Positions 1-11,356 of a stretch of 33,000 nt of DNA are shown here, in pieces. Positions within the stretch are counted from its first letter, which is position 1. Each line of letters begins with the position of its first letter. Origin of the DNA: Dicyema japonicum (lineage: Eukaryota > Animalia > Dicyemida). The translations under genes and the position numbers were made by a program. The DNA lies in the NCBI GenBank assembly GCA_011109175.1, contig RDEW01000005.1, positions 1,763,657 through 1,796,656 on the forward strand, given 5' to 3'. The notes under the pieces are model-generated. The model had not been told where the DNA came from. It did no database searches and saw nothing but the letters and a program-made list of their open reading frames with translations.

Positions 1-1800
1 CTACCAGTCGCGTTACGTCTGAAGAACTTTTTGTGTCGAGGTTACGAGTAAAGAGGAGTATTCTTTGAGGATTCCAAGGTCCGTGAGGGTGGTTGAAGTT
101 CTTGTCTTCGCTATTGACCGGGCTACCTCGTCTTTGGAGACCAAGGATTAGATTTCCTCATCTCTTTCCCCTAATTGCACTTGAATTGGACTCTAATTGT
201 CGAAAAGTTTCTACCGCTCCAAGCCTTAGGAAATCTATTCAGTCATTTGAGGATGGGAATCATTCCTTTACTCCCTCTCAAGAGTCCCTTATCACAGAAA
301 CAAAACTTTTTCTCTATTGAATGCGGTTGTTGACATTGTTTTCAACCAAGAGCGTCATCTTGGTAACCCCTGAAGTCATTTCAACTTTGGAAAATAAACA
401 TTCTCCCTCTCCATTGGATCTGAGAGAATTTTCAATCTCATTGGACTGTCCCATCCCGGTTTTTTTTCCGAATCTGATATGATCGAATCTTTCTCACCAG
501 GCATCAGCGGGGGTTTGGATGGTTCACCTTCCGGCAATATCAGAGATTTTTTGTCATTTTTAAATTTTGAGGCGGGAGCTCACCTTGTATCATCGTTAAC
601 CGAACCGTAAACCTATTTGCAGCGAGGAACATCCCTCCCATCACCCGTGAACTTTTTATTCTCCCCTATTGTTTCCCTTCTCGAAGTCTGTAACGAAATC
701 AGGCCTATTGCCGTTTGAAGCCTATTCCGAAGGCTTGCTTCAAAGCTTGGCGCGTCATCGATGATCTGTCTTCCGAACTGATACCAGTACAACTCGGAAT
801 GGGCGTGAGAATAAGCCATTCATGCCGCTCGTTCCTTTGTGGACTATTGTAAATAGGATAACCCTGAGATTATTGTGAAGCTGAACGTTTCCAATGCCTT
901 CAATTCGGTGAGAAAAGAACATCTTCATGAAACTGTTTTGAGGAGACCTTTCAAGATTTATTCACATTACGAACCTCGCATACGGAACTCCAACCCATCT
1001 CGTTATTGTTGATGCACTCATTAAATAATGGACTGGGATTCAACAAGGTGATTCTCTTGGTCCACTTCTTTTTGCTTTGGGAGTTGACGAGGCTGCCCTT
1101 AGTGTGAAGGCTTTCAATTGTTGGTATTTAGACGATCCTAATATCGGTGACTCAACCGAGTCGGTTATGAAAAGTCTAGGAATACTTATCATTCTTAGCA
1201 GATTAATGCGCGTAATTATAATCTGGGACTCTCGAAAATGAATTCTCTATATCACGATGTAGGATCATGTCTTTTCTTCCCGATGTTGATATTACCGACG
1301 TGGAACACCTCAGGATATTGGGATCACCAATTTCCACTGGAATTATCCATCAAGTCTATTGAAGAAATTGTGAATATCAACTTCGATAGCATTCGATTGA
1401 TGCAAGCTTTCTTACCTGTCAGACTTGGGGAATCGGCCTAACTTTTGCTATGAACGTTGTCTTGTCATCCTTCCTGTCCTCATTATCAAGCAACATATCT
1501 CTCATCCGAAATATTCTTCCAGATTTCTGCAAATCCGCTCTGGACGACAAAAATTACTGATGGATTGAAGAGTTGGTCGGAAGCTTTTGAAGAAACCCCT
1601 CTTGATCCACACAGACCGAAGAACTGGGCCGACATTTTGTACAAGACTACTTAATCGACCCATTTGGAAACGGAGAACTTGCACTGTCGAGTTTGCATTC
1701 TGTCAGCCTCTTTCCCCCCAATGGTGCTTGGCTAAACGCATTTTCACCATCTTCAATTGGCTCCCTTCTGCAGTGGATCTACTTGAATTGCTTGGTATCC
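1..1800 (+). mobile_element. Degenerate CRE-clade non-LTR retrotransposon, RT region, truncated by window start
   Basis: Broken frames give IRPIAV, VKLNVSNAFNSVRK, TGIQQGDSLGPLLFAL and WYLDD. Nucleotide similarity to 24000-25895. Many stops and frameshifts. Confidence 0.85.
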
Positions 1801-2059
1801 TATCTCAGGAATACTCTGGTAGCTCAAGCTGAAGGTCATTGTTCTCAAATATAATTACTGTCAATATCATGAAGAAGTTCTAGGTGTTCCAGATATAAGA
1901 GGGAGAAGATGTCGAGAAGATGCTAACTTTAAATTTAAGAATAATTTGATCTCATACATATAGACTCTCTATGAGGTCTCCTTTTCGGTATTTAGGAAGT
2001 TCCGTAAGAGGTTCATTTTCCATTTTTGCAGGTTTATGGTCCTACTTTACTAGGTTTAC

Positions 2060-2370
2060 AGTCGAGCCTGATTTAAACAATGAACCTTCATATATCCACG
2101 TCTGTTTAATCTCAAAATCTGTCAGGCCATCCACGTAAATGAGATTGGTTAAATATGTGATACGTCAGTCCAGTAAATGAGATTGATAATATACGTCATA
2201 AATAAAGCTATTTATGGCAATAGGGTACTTCACACAGAATATTACCAAACAATCAAACTTATAGTCAGAACTGATTCTATTAAGGAACCTTTGTATATCC
2301 GAGTCTGTTCAGTCTCGAAATCACGTCTACCAGTCCACATACATGAGATTGGCTATATACGTCATAATTT
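2060..2370. repeat. Degenerate tandem duplication, period about 200 bp
   Basis: 2060-2200 (gaaccttcatatatccacgtctgtttaatctcaaaatc...atgagattgg...tacgtca) is repeated at 2265-2370 (gaacctttgtatatccgagtctgttcagtctcgaaatc...atgagattgg...tacgtca). Confidence 0.6.
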
Positions 2371-2490
2371 GATAAAACAGTCTGAGGCCAGTAAGGTCAC
2401 GTCAACAGCTTAGGTATTCAACCAACATCCTTAAATGAGAATAACAAAATATCTTTATTAATTAAAATCCGTAAAACTAGACTATTAATA

Positions 2491-3908
2491 CTAAGAATTA
2501 ATAAATTTAAGATCAAGTTCAAACGAATCACCTTTCTCTCTCAAAAATCCTATACTCTGTTCTAAAACAGGAACTTCCTAATTGATTACTGACAAAATAA
2601 CTTTCACATCCCCGTCCTCACTGATAACGCCGATAGCGATAGAACTGTACTTTGAGAAGTAGAATTCGGTCAACTTGTAATGTTCGATATGAACATAAAT
2701 CGTAACACATTCTGATTTATCGACATTAACAGAGGGGGTAATCCCATTAATCTAACACTCACACAGCAACTAACCTGTAATCTAATATCCTGACAGTTCA
2801 CAATCTCAATTATCCCAACCGTGTGGTCCACTACACAATCACACTTTTTACAATTGTCTTTTATAAAATCAGCAATTACTCATAACAATCGTGTTCACCT
2901 TTCCAGAAACCGTGAGAACACTTCCAACTGAGTTGAACATGTTAATGGACTCGTTTTTTTGACCATTCTCGATCACTAGGTTGTTAGCGTTATTTTGGAA
3001 TCCCTTAAAATAGACAACAGTCGACAAACCACTTCCCACTTGTTTCCATCCCGACTAAAAATTGGAGGAGAAGCGGTCTTTGGCTTGGTGGCAACTGGAG
3101 TGAAGTCAGTTTTATTAGACATTTCCACATTCCCTCTTAGATTAGGATTCTTGTGGGTTTTCATGTTGTCTGTGACCTTTTTAAGTCCTGGATTTAAAAT
3201 CAAAGGAGAGCTAACCACTCGTGATTCCGAGTCCCCTCTGCAATTCAGATTTGAGGTTACTGGCAGTTCCTGAGGTCGACGACTATGATTTACATTTTCA
3301 TTTACCCCCTGCAACACCACAAAGCCTTCGGGGTAATTTTCCTTAACAAAAATTCTTAGAGTCTTCAAAATTGAGGTCATAGAGTTGCACCATGTGATAT
3401 GGTTAGGGTCAGTGTGCCTATATTCCGTCCTCACTTTGTTCAGATTGTAAATGCAAGCATCTTCGATAGTAGAACAGAAGGTTGGGGGATCAATGCCATT
3501 CTGTAGAATTAAAAACTAAACGAACCACAAACGGCCAGGTAAAAAACGAGGCAAACTCCGAAACAGTCTTTATGTTAAATATGAACTTGGATTTGTAATT
3601 ATCATTTGAAAATTTCTAGTTAAATAACAACCACAACATTAATTTTGAGGATGCAGTCTTCAGCAGATTTCTTAGTCTATTAAATATAAAGAAACATTAT
3701 TTGGGCTAGTCTGAGATAAATTTTCCAAGTAACTGTTCAGTCCAGTAAGCAATATGTCTGTCTAAAACTGATTACATGGCAGCTACAGCAAGCTTAACAT
3801 CACCTCCAATAGAGACACTCACTTCAGTCAAGCCTTGAATGTCACTAGACAAATTGTTCTTTAATTCAGAAACTAAATATATTAGAGACAAATAAGACAA
3901 CCTGACAT
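2491..3908 (-). CDS. CAP1: Adenylyl cyclase-associated protein (CAP/Srv2), about 385 aa, 11 micro-introns
   Basis: Hand-spliced introns: 3873-3901, 3762-3786, 3677-3695, 3616-3631 (or -3637), 3501-3525, 3283-3305, 3188-3215, 3004-3029, 2858-2879, 2752-2774, 2578-2601. These give an open frame with the helical domain (SIGGDV; YNLNKVRTEYRHTDPNHITW), WH2 (ELQRGLGITSGLKKVTDNMKTHKNPNLR) and CARP domain (GKVNTIVMNNCKK; EIVNCQDIRLQ; VDKSE; DGDVKEVPVLEQ), ending TAG. Confidence 0.92.
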
Positions 3909-4009
3909 GGAATTTACGATATTAAACTTATTAAGAAATTAATTTTATTGATTTAATATTTATTTAATAAAATAATTTATAAATTTTATTTATAATTTAA
4001 TAATTTGGA

Positions 4010-4138
4010 ATCATTCCTTGGTTCTACGATTAGTTAAAATTAACTGTTCTTTACTTAAATAAAGTGTGTGTCCTGCCTATGCGGAGCTAATACCACGGCT
4101 CCGTGAAAAAGGTCATTATTATTATTACTATTATTATT
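4010..4138 (+). mobile_element. 5'-truncated copy (3' tail) of the tRNA-derived SINE
   Basis: Near-identical to the reverse complement of 6536-6660; ends in (ATT)n. Confidence 0.85.
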
Positions 4139-4193
4139 AAGAGAAGGAAATACGGCAGAGGGAACATCGGAGGTACATTGCGTCATAAATAAT

Positions 4194-4255
4194 CCCGAGA
4201 TCCCTTAATTAATCGGATGACTTCTTTCTCTGTGTTCTTGTGGTTAAATAAATAT
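4194..4255 (+). mobile_element. Decayed 3' end of the APE-RT LINE family
   Basis: ccgagatcccttaattaatc...ttctttctctgtgttcttgtggttaaataaata resembles the LINE 3' ends at 16110-16180 (-) and 31121-31187 (+). Confidence 0.55.
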
Positions 4256-4770
4256 TATGGATAACTAAAGGCTGATAGATAGGTTTTTACTCAAACTGAT
4301 TCCTGTAGAGAAGTATCATTCCTTAGAGGAGAGCTCACAACTCTGATTAAAAAGACTTGGGTGCTCTTCAAGACTGCGAGCGTGGAAACCTGATATACAT
4401 GATTATTCGTTTCTTGTTTGTAAATCTGGGTTAACATTTTTTTTTAATTTTCAGTAATAAAATTTTGTCAGAGTCACTTGACGTCAGCTCAAAAACAGGA
4501 TCATGGAAGAGAAGGATCCCTTTTGGTTGTCGGCCAAACATTGGGCGTCTCCTAAGTTAGGTGAATCCTATGACGCCTCTAAGGAACTGTTGAAGCAAAA
4601 GAGTACGACGGAAACCTTCGATCAAGTAGGTAACGTCAAAACAATCAGTTTTTTATTTAAATACCTACTTTTGAAAATAAAATTTCCAGTTAATTCGAAC
4701 ATAATTAAAATATTAATCTAAAATATTAATCTAATCACATTAAAAATTAAATTTTAATTAAATTACTGAT

Positions 4771-4915
4771 CTGGTTCCGCAGTGAAATGTTCACTGATGA
4801 CGGCGTCATTTGTCAAGTAAAAGCAATTAGATGCGTGGAACCTTCAACCGAAATATATAGCAGCGGGATTAGAACTAGGTCCCATCAGGCTTCTTGCCTT
4901 GGGGTGTTTCCCACA
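4771..4915 (-). mobile_element. Diverged SINE: conserved core plus decayed tRNA-like head
   Basis: gttccgcagtga...tcactgatgacggcgtca...gatgcgtggaaccttc...agcagcgggattagaac matches the core and B-box region of the SINE at 6715-6820. Confidence 0.75.
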
Positions 4916-5079
4916 ATGATGAATATGAATTGACACGATGTTTGAAAGGATACGACATGCTCAGAATGTGGACTCGATCTATATCTTTCTAAAACTTGGA
5001 GCTTTGATAAACCTTAATTACCAGTTAGAGGTTTTTATCGAAATCCAATATACTCAAACAGAAACATAAGAACAAATCA

Positions 5080-5400
5080 TGTTCCAGCTGCCAAAAGTGG
5101 CTATAGCCGCCGACCAATTCCAAGGCGTTGTGAAAACCATCCTCGTTTAGGGGGACTCTAAGTTGGATCGTGATAGCATTCCAAATTTTATTGGTGGCTC
5201 TTCTATTAATTCATATAACAGCTCCAAAAGTTTGGGAAAAAACGGAAACTATCTCTGAGGGTTGAATATTTCTTCAGTTTCTTAAGTTCGGGAGAGTCCG
5301 CATTTGGAAAGACAAAATGGCCAGTCAATGGACGCCCGTTAATCGGTAGGAAGGTCGACCTTGTGACATAACTCTGGTTCACTTAGTGTCTTCATCCTCT
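5080..5400 (-). mobile_element. CRE-clade 3' fragment (RLE C-terminus)
   Basis: Minus-strand KLKKYSTLRDSFRFFP...TFG...WFSQRLGI parallels KIKKYSSL...ETSG...WLFQRISL of the element at 19481-22479. Confidence 0.6.
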
Positions 5401-6535
5401 CAAGGTGATATAACCTTTAGCCCACCTTCCTGATGGACTCGAAAGACAGGATAAGTCAGGGGAAGACAGAGAATTATTCGTTACAATAATTAACTGATAA
5501 AAACCTCATTTAATTATAATAGTGAATCCATTTATGGTTTTTTATCATTAAATTTAAAATTTTGGGTTTTCTTCTGTTTTCCCAATCATTTGATATGATA
5601 TTGTTGAGGTGACTAAACCCGTGAATATCTCTATTAGTCGTCTTCTTCAAAATTATAAAGGTGGTTTCTTCATACCTAATTCAGAGGACTTCTCACCGAC
5701 GGTTCTGCAAAGAGCAAATGTTTCTTCCTTGTTTGTGCACATGAGGTGGAAAGTATCCGGTCTTTTACATGCAATTCGATAAGTAGATTTAAGATGATTA
5801 ATTACTTTTTTTCTAGGCTCAAGAAGTTCCGAATTAGGACGTGAAATTTTCTACGTCGGGGACCAGCCCCAAACTCAGATTTTATCCCAAAATGTCATTT
5901 TCATTTCATTTTGTGAAAATGACATTTTTAACTTCTCCATGTCGGGAACCAGTTCCAATTTAATCTAAAAATGTCATTTATGCCTCTTCTTCCTTTGACA
6001 TCTTCAAATCCTGGGATCACTCCCAAGAATTGGAGTTAATATGACTGATCGCGACATAGTTTTTTATTGACTTGTTCACGTGTTTTATGTAGACTTTTGG
6101 GACTGGACGATGTACCACTGTCACCCTAGTTACTAAGACTTTTGATACTTCTGACGTTTTCCAAAAATCGCACTCCAATGTTTATGGCATAGTCGTCCGA
6201 CGAGAGGTTCCACTTGTGCCCGTAACTAACTCGAATTAGTTGCGATATTTTTGAAATGAGGGAATGTAAAAACTATACAGAGTCCTCAAAATACATCCTG
6301 GTCTTCTTTAAGCATCTTATTTTTTTCCACATAAGCACTGAAACCAAACCTGTATGCTGCTTTGGAATAATTTTTAAACTTTGTGGAACACTGTGGCAGA
6401 CAAAGAAGTCTTTAGAGCCTCAAACAATAGGGTTATAATCGATTAAGAAATAATATCAAGAATGGAGTACATAAAGATATGGAGGGTTGTTCTTTCTTCA
6501 GAAAGGGGACCTGATATGAGTTTCCGGTTGTTAAG

Positions 6536-6868
6536 AATAATAATAATAATAAAGCCTTTTCACGAGAGCCATAGTATTTTATAGCTCCGCATATGCAGGA
6601 CACACACTTTATTTAAGTAAAGAACAGTTAATTTTAGCTAATCGTAGAACCAAGGAATGATCTTCACTTCTTTTTTTCTTTTTCTTGTGTGAGTGTCCTT
6701 TCTAGACAAATCCAGTTCCGCAGTGAGTATTCACTGATGACGGCGTCACTCGTCAAACCATTTCTGCATCGTAGATGCGTGGAACCTTCCACCAGGTGAA
6801 CAGCAGCGAGATTCGAACCCGTAGCCTAAGCCACTTAAGCCCGACACCTAACCACTAAGCCACCCGGC
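6536..6868 (-). mobile_element. tRNA-derived SINE, about 333 bp, full length
   Basis: Minus strand starts GCCGGGTGGCTTAGTGGTTAG (A box) ... GGGTTCGAATCTC (B box), followed by a structured core and a (TTA)n tail. Near-identical copy at 26001-26301. Confidence 0.9.
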
Positions 6869-6939
6869 AAGTCTTAACCGCATAGGTCGATAGATTAAGA
6901 GTATAAGAGGCCGGACACGACCCCCGAGGAGAAATATAG

Positions 6940-7250
6940 ACATTTGAACTCACCAGATCCTCTCATCCAATCCTTTCAGTGTACAGAGTATCCCGGAAAG
7001 CTTCGACTCTTGTATAAGTCAAAGGTCCGCCTTGAAGTTTGAAATAAGAAGTCTCAGCTCCAGAACTTCACAGCTGGTATCGTTAAGATTTAGCTGAAGG
7101 ATAGTTGAAGAAGACCGGGGTTGACTGATTGTCTCCTCAAGCCGGAAAAAAAGCAACAAGGAGAGAATATGAATATTGGTAAGCTATCCAACCGGAGGAA
7201 CCGGTATAATAGGATACGACCACAACAACCACATGACTGACTCAACTGTT
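6940..7250 (-). mobile_element. Decayed 5' part of an APE-type LINE (leader plus endonuclease N-terminus)
   Basis: Minus-strand TILQLNLN...VLELRLLISNFKADL*LIQESKL...PGYSV, preceded by a hydrophobic leader and an NPG motif. Confidence 0.7.
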
Positions 7251-7399
7251 CAAACGTGAGTACGAGACATTAAAATACTCAGACTGCACGTTGAAACGGC
7301 GGGAAGATCAGTCTGAATATACCATTAAGACAAAATTCTTAGAAAATAAAATTAAAAGCAGTTGTTACTTCATTGAGGGAGTCTTTGTTCTCTTACAGC

Positions 7400-7760
7400 C
7401 TTGGAGATAGTCAACTTTTTCGGTAATTCCACGTGGATGAAGCTTTGTAATTCTCGTAAATGCAGAATAATGTAATTTTAGTGCAGTGAGCTTGGGTTGG
7501 TATTTTGAAAATTAAGTAATTATCCAAACCTGAGTCGATATCCTCAATTTTAATGGAATGATCCTCCGATAGGCGTCCATTACTGGCATATAATAATGAG
7601 ACCTCCTCTGCCAAAAATGGAAACCAATGAATCAGTTTAGCAGGAATGTGAAGTTAGAACCTTCGTTTCTTGGATTAGAGCAATGTCCACAAAATAGCAG
7701 AAAGTTCCTTAATTCATGAAGCACATACTCATAGACAGATGTTGTTTCTCAATAAAATTT
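7400..7760 (-). mobile_element. Decayed APE endonuclease fragment of a LINE
   Basis: Minus-strand ELRNFL..., VDIALIQETK and GRGGLIII motifs in shifting frames. Confidence 0.55.
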
Positions 7761-7924
7761 TTATCGTCTCTACACTAATTCAGTGACCATTAATATCACC
7801 ACCTTCACTAGAGCCATAATATAGCTCGCATCGGAAGGACTTTAACTTTATTTCAGAATAGTTATGCTAACTAATTGTTGAGATGAAGCCAAGAATGTTT
7901 TTAACTTATTTTTTTCTTTTTGTC

Positions 7925-8660
7925 GCTATGAAAGCCAAAGTGATCATGAATGATCCTACTCCTTCATTCCCTGGATACGAGGCTATCAGGATGGACCGTA
8001 AAAAGAGAAGAGGGGGTGGACTACTTACTCTATTCAAAAAGAACCTGAAATGCAGAGACATTACTTCGGAAGTGAGGAAACTTGTTGGAAATGACGAGGT
8101 TACTGAGGCAATTGGAATCTCGCTTGGGATAACGAAAGAAACTCTGTGCCTCGTGAAAATCTACTTGCCTCCTCCCGGCTCCTGCTCAAAGGACTATGTT
8201 ATTCCAAACCTATCAAGATTGGCTATCTACGAGGAGATCATCATATGTGGAGATTTAAACGCAAAGCACCCATTATGGTTGTAACCCAACAGGCCGACAC
8301 GAGAGGGAATCTATTGTTATTGAAATCGGACTCCCTAACGATGCTGAACGATCCAGCGAAAAATACAAGGACCTCACTCAGAGAGACGGATCAGCCTACC
8401 TCACCTGATGTAACACTCTGCTCATCGTCGCTTTCATCAAAAATTGATTGGTCAGTCCTCTACGAAACAAGAAGCGACCATAATCCAATTGTGATGAAGG
8501 CCATGAGAGAAGTCAGAGTGAGGAGAACACCTGCTAATTGGGAATTGTATCGCGCAATCTCTGATGATAGACTGAAGAATTGTTACTTGGACAGCTTCAA
8601 ATCGCTAGAAAAAGCGATCAAATACTTTACTTGCATAATCCTATGGACAGAGAAGTTAGA
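7925..8660 (+). mobile_element. LINE APE endonuclease fragment (frameshifted)
   Basis: FPGYEAIRMDR...RGGGLL, IYLPP, CGDLNAKHPLW, TSPDVT and SDHNPI motifs across ORFs 7883-8284 and 8146-8775. Confidence 0.88.
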
Positions 8661-8689
8661 TCTTTCAGATCGTCAGACCTTATTCCTTC

Positions 8690-9330
8690 AAGCCGCCACT
8701 GCAATTAAAGCAAAATTCCGTACTGCGAGGAGTACAGTCACTCCGGCTGAGAGAGCGACTGGGCGTAGGTTGTGAGGTTCAGAGGATGCTTGCTCAGAAA
8801 AATGCTGTAAATATCGTGAGTCGGATTTCGAAGTATACTTGAAGAAAGTGCTCTGATGACTGCGCGGGTACCATATGCGATTAACTTTGAGCGAACAGTT
8901 CTTTTGAGACGGAGCACCTACCTTCCTTGTTCGAACTATGTGTCTCCCGCGTATGTTTAGAAGATATGGGGCAACTGAGGATATGGGTTCCTTCAATAAA
9001 AAAACAAATCTCCGCCTATGGTTGGAAGATGTGGTGCAAGTGGGGATATGGGTTTCTTCCATAAAAGAACGAGTGTTCATCCTCATGGCGGCAGCGAGAG
9101 ACTACTTTCCGTGAGCATCTCGATTAAGTCCCAGTGCGAAAGGTGCAAAACATAATACTGTATTGAGTTCGTCCGGAGGGCATCTTCAATCGTATTGAAA
9201 AGAGTCTCCGCAGCGACTGGGTGCAGGGCCTTGGGGTTCTTCACCGGGATAGTGCGTGAATATCGTCGCTGAGATGAGGTGTAGAATTGCTTCGGGGTCC
9301 ATGGGTAATCACGCTTTCGAGTTCTGACTA
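8690..9330 (-). mobile_element. CRE-clade fragment (region upstream of RT)
   Basis: IPVKNPKALHPVAAETLFNTIEDAL...SLAAAMRMN...RLKRTVRSKL aligns by eye with IMIKIPKAARVPAADCLHDCIERAI...SLTSIVKEN...RLRRAIHRKL at 19840-20160. Confidence 0.7.
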
Positions 9331-9474
9331 GCCCAAAAGATGAATATCTATCGGATGACTTCGTTGGTAAAATTTTCCTCGAAGTAGGTAAAGGATATTC
9401 AGAAGACAGAGGGAGATAATATTCAGAATATACGGGGATAGGCATTACACTCACTAATACAATTTTTAAAAATT

Positions 9475-11236
9475 TTATTTATTTATTAACCCCGGGATCA
9501 ACGAGAACGAAAGACATAAGTAATGTCAACTAGTTAGTGATCCCAGTTCCCGTAACCAAACGTGCCATCCGAAGCCTGTGCGTCTCAACTGTTCCCACTG
9601 TCGAACGGAAATGCTTTTTTTAATCCTTGCAATTTCTGTTGTCCTTTGATGATGACTTGTTTGGCATGGTAAGTAAAATTAAGCAGCCTGTCGTATGTCA
9701 CTTTCAGGATTGAGGGGTTTCTTGTGACAGGTACCCGAGTATGTCCGATGAAGATTTCTGGTTCTTCTTAGGACCGCCGGTCGGAGGTGAATAGAGTGCA
9801 TGATGATTTTGGAGCCGATACCGAGAGACGGTTAGCTATCAACCAATCGTGGATACAATCCACTTTCTTCTGTGCGAGTGAGACTGCTTCTGATGTCGAA
9901 CTGCTTCTTGTTGCAATGATGATATCGTCAGCATAAGAAAGCAGTAGGAAGTTCTTGTCAATGTCTGCTGGCAGGTCGTGGAGGAAAAGGTTGAATAGAG
10001 TGAAGGACGAAGGCGAACCTTGGGGCACTCCGTTTGGTAGTAAACGTGGTCTGAGGTGACCACAGATGACCCTCCCACGTATTCCAGATAAAAAATTGCC
10101 CAGCCATAGCTTCAAGTTAGGGCGAATTTTTGAATCAAAGATTTTTCCAATTAAATGTTTCCTCGATACCGAGTCAAACGCCTTGTTGATGTCAATCGAG
10201 ACCATTGTTGTCCGCATGTGTTTTAAAGTAGTGTTGAAACCATTCGCAATGAACTGCGAAAGCGTTGATAAGAAAGTCGTGGTTGATCTTACAGAACGGA
10301 ATCCGTGTTGGAAATTCGATTGAGTTAGGGAAGGAGTAATTTCAGATAGGATCAACTTTTCCAACACTTTTGATATAGTAGAGGTCAATGAGATTGGTCT
10401 GTATGAACTGGGATCTCCTTTTGGTTTTCCGGCATATGAATTAGAGTGATGAGCGAGTTCTTCCATATTTTAGAATAGTGCTCCAGTTAACGGACCGGTT
10501 AAAAATTTCCGTTAAATAGCTAATTGCGTATTTGCTTAGGTGTTTTAGGTGAATTGAAGATCTTTGTCTGGGCCGCACGCCCATGAGTTCTTTAATCCGG
10601 CGATAACCTCTGAGACCTGCTTGTCTCAGAATAGTTCTCGGTGAGGTTCATTTTTAGAGAATTTCTTGAAGCTGATCGCAGCGTAATGTTTCATAAGTAA
10701 ATTAGGGTGTATATGACAAATATGTTCTGGAGAGGGGTTACAGGTTCCATTCGCATCTTCCAACTCTGATTTAATTTGTTTTAGTGTTTTCCAAAATTGA
10801 AGAGATGAACTTTTCCCTTCAAGGCGATTGGTTAGGTGACGCCACCTCTAATCCTGATGGTCTTTTATGCTCTGGTTGATACTTTTATTTAATTGTCTGA
10901 TGGATTTCAACTCCGTAGATGGCCTTCGTTTTATGAGTGTAAGTGTCCGGGAATTGAGGGTATAAAATTTGTGTATGATGAGAGGGGAATAAATATGTTG
11001 TCAGCTTCGTGAATGGCCACACTGATGATTTTTGTGGTTTCATCTATCGAACGTATATGGGATGATAGTCCTTCGACCAATTCCAGGTCTACGAAGTCAG
11101 AGAATCTAGGCCAGTCAACCTTCTTATAATTCTTGAAACTTTTCACTTCGGTCTGCAATGTCTGGCGTCTCCGAAATCCTCTTAACGTAGGAAGGATGGG
11201 ATTGTGGTCGCCGGAGAAACCATGGTTCACATCCAA
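9475..11236 (-). mobile_element. 5'-truncated, internally deleted APE-RT LINE
   Basis: EN end SGDHNPI; RT motifs SYRPISL, QHGFR, DINKAFDSV, GVPQGS and YADD; 3' stem-loop and (TAAA)n tail at 9475-9545. Confidence 0.92.
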
Positions 11237-11356
11237 AAAATTTAAAAATTAAATTAATATCTAACTGCCTGAGACTAACAAAAAAATTAACAAAAATAAT
11301 TAAAAATTAAGTAAATTAATTTTTAATGAATATTAAAATTGTCGACAATTAAAGAA

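Noticed and set aside
6733-6765. CTGATGA in the SINE core as a hammerhead ribozyme or SECIS element
   Set aside because: No GAAA after stem II in any of three copies and no stem III/NUH site. SECIS helix pairing is poor.
6802-6868. Functional tRNA gene (also 26238-26301)
   Set aside because: A and B boxes are present, but the acceptor and anticodon stems do not pair and the sequence is the head of a repeated SINE.
9465-11250. TTTAAAAATT as the TSD of the minus-strand LINE
   Set aside because: Low-complexity AT sequence that could match by chance; no empty site to confirm it.
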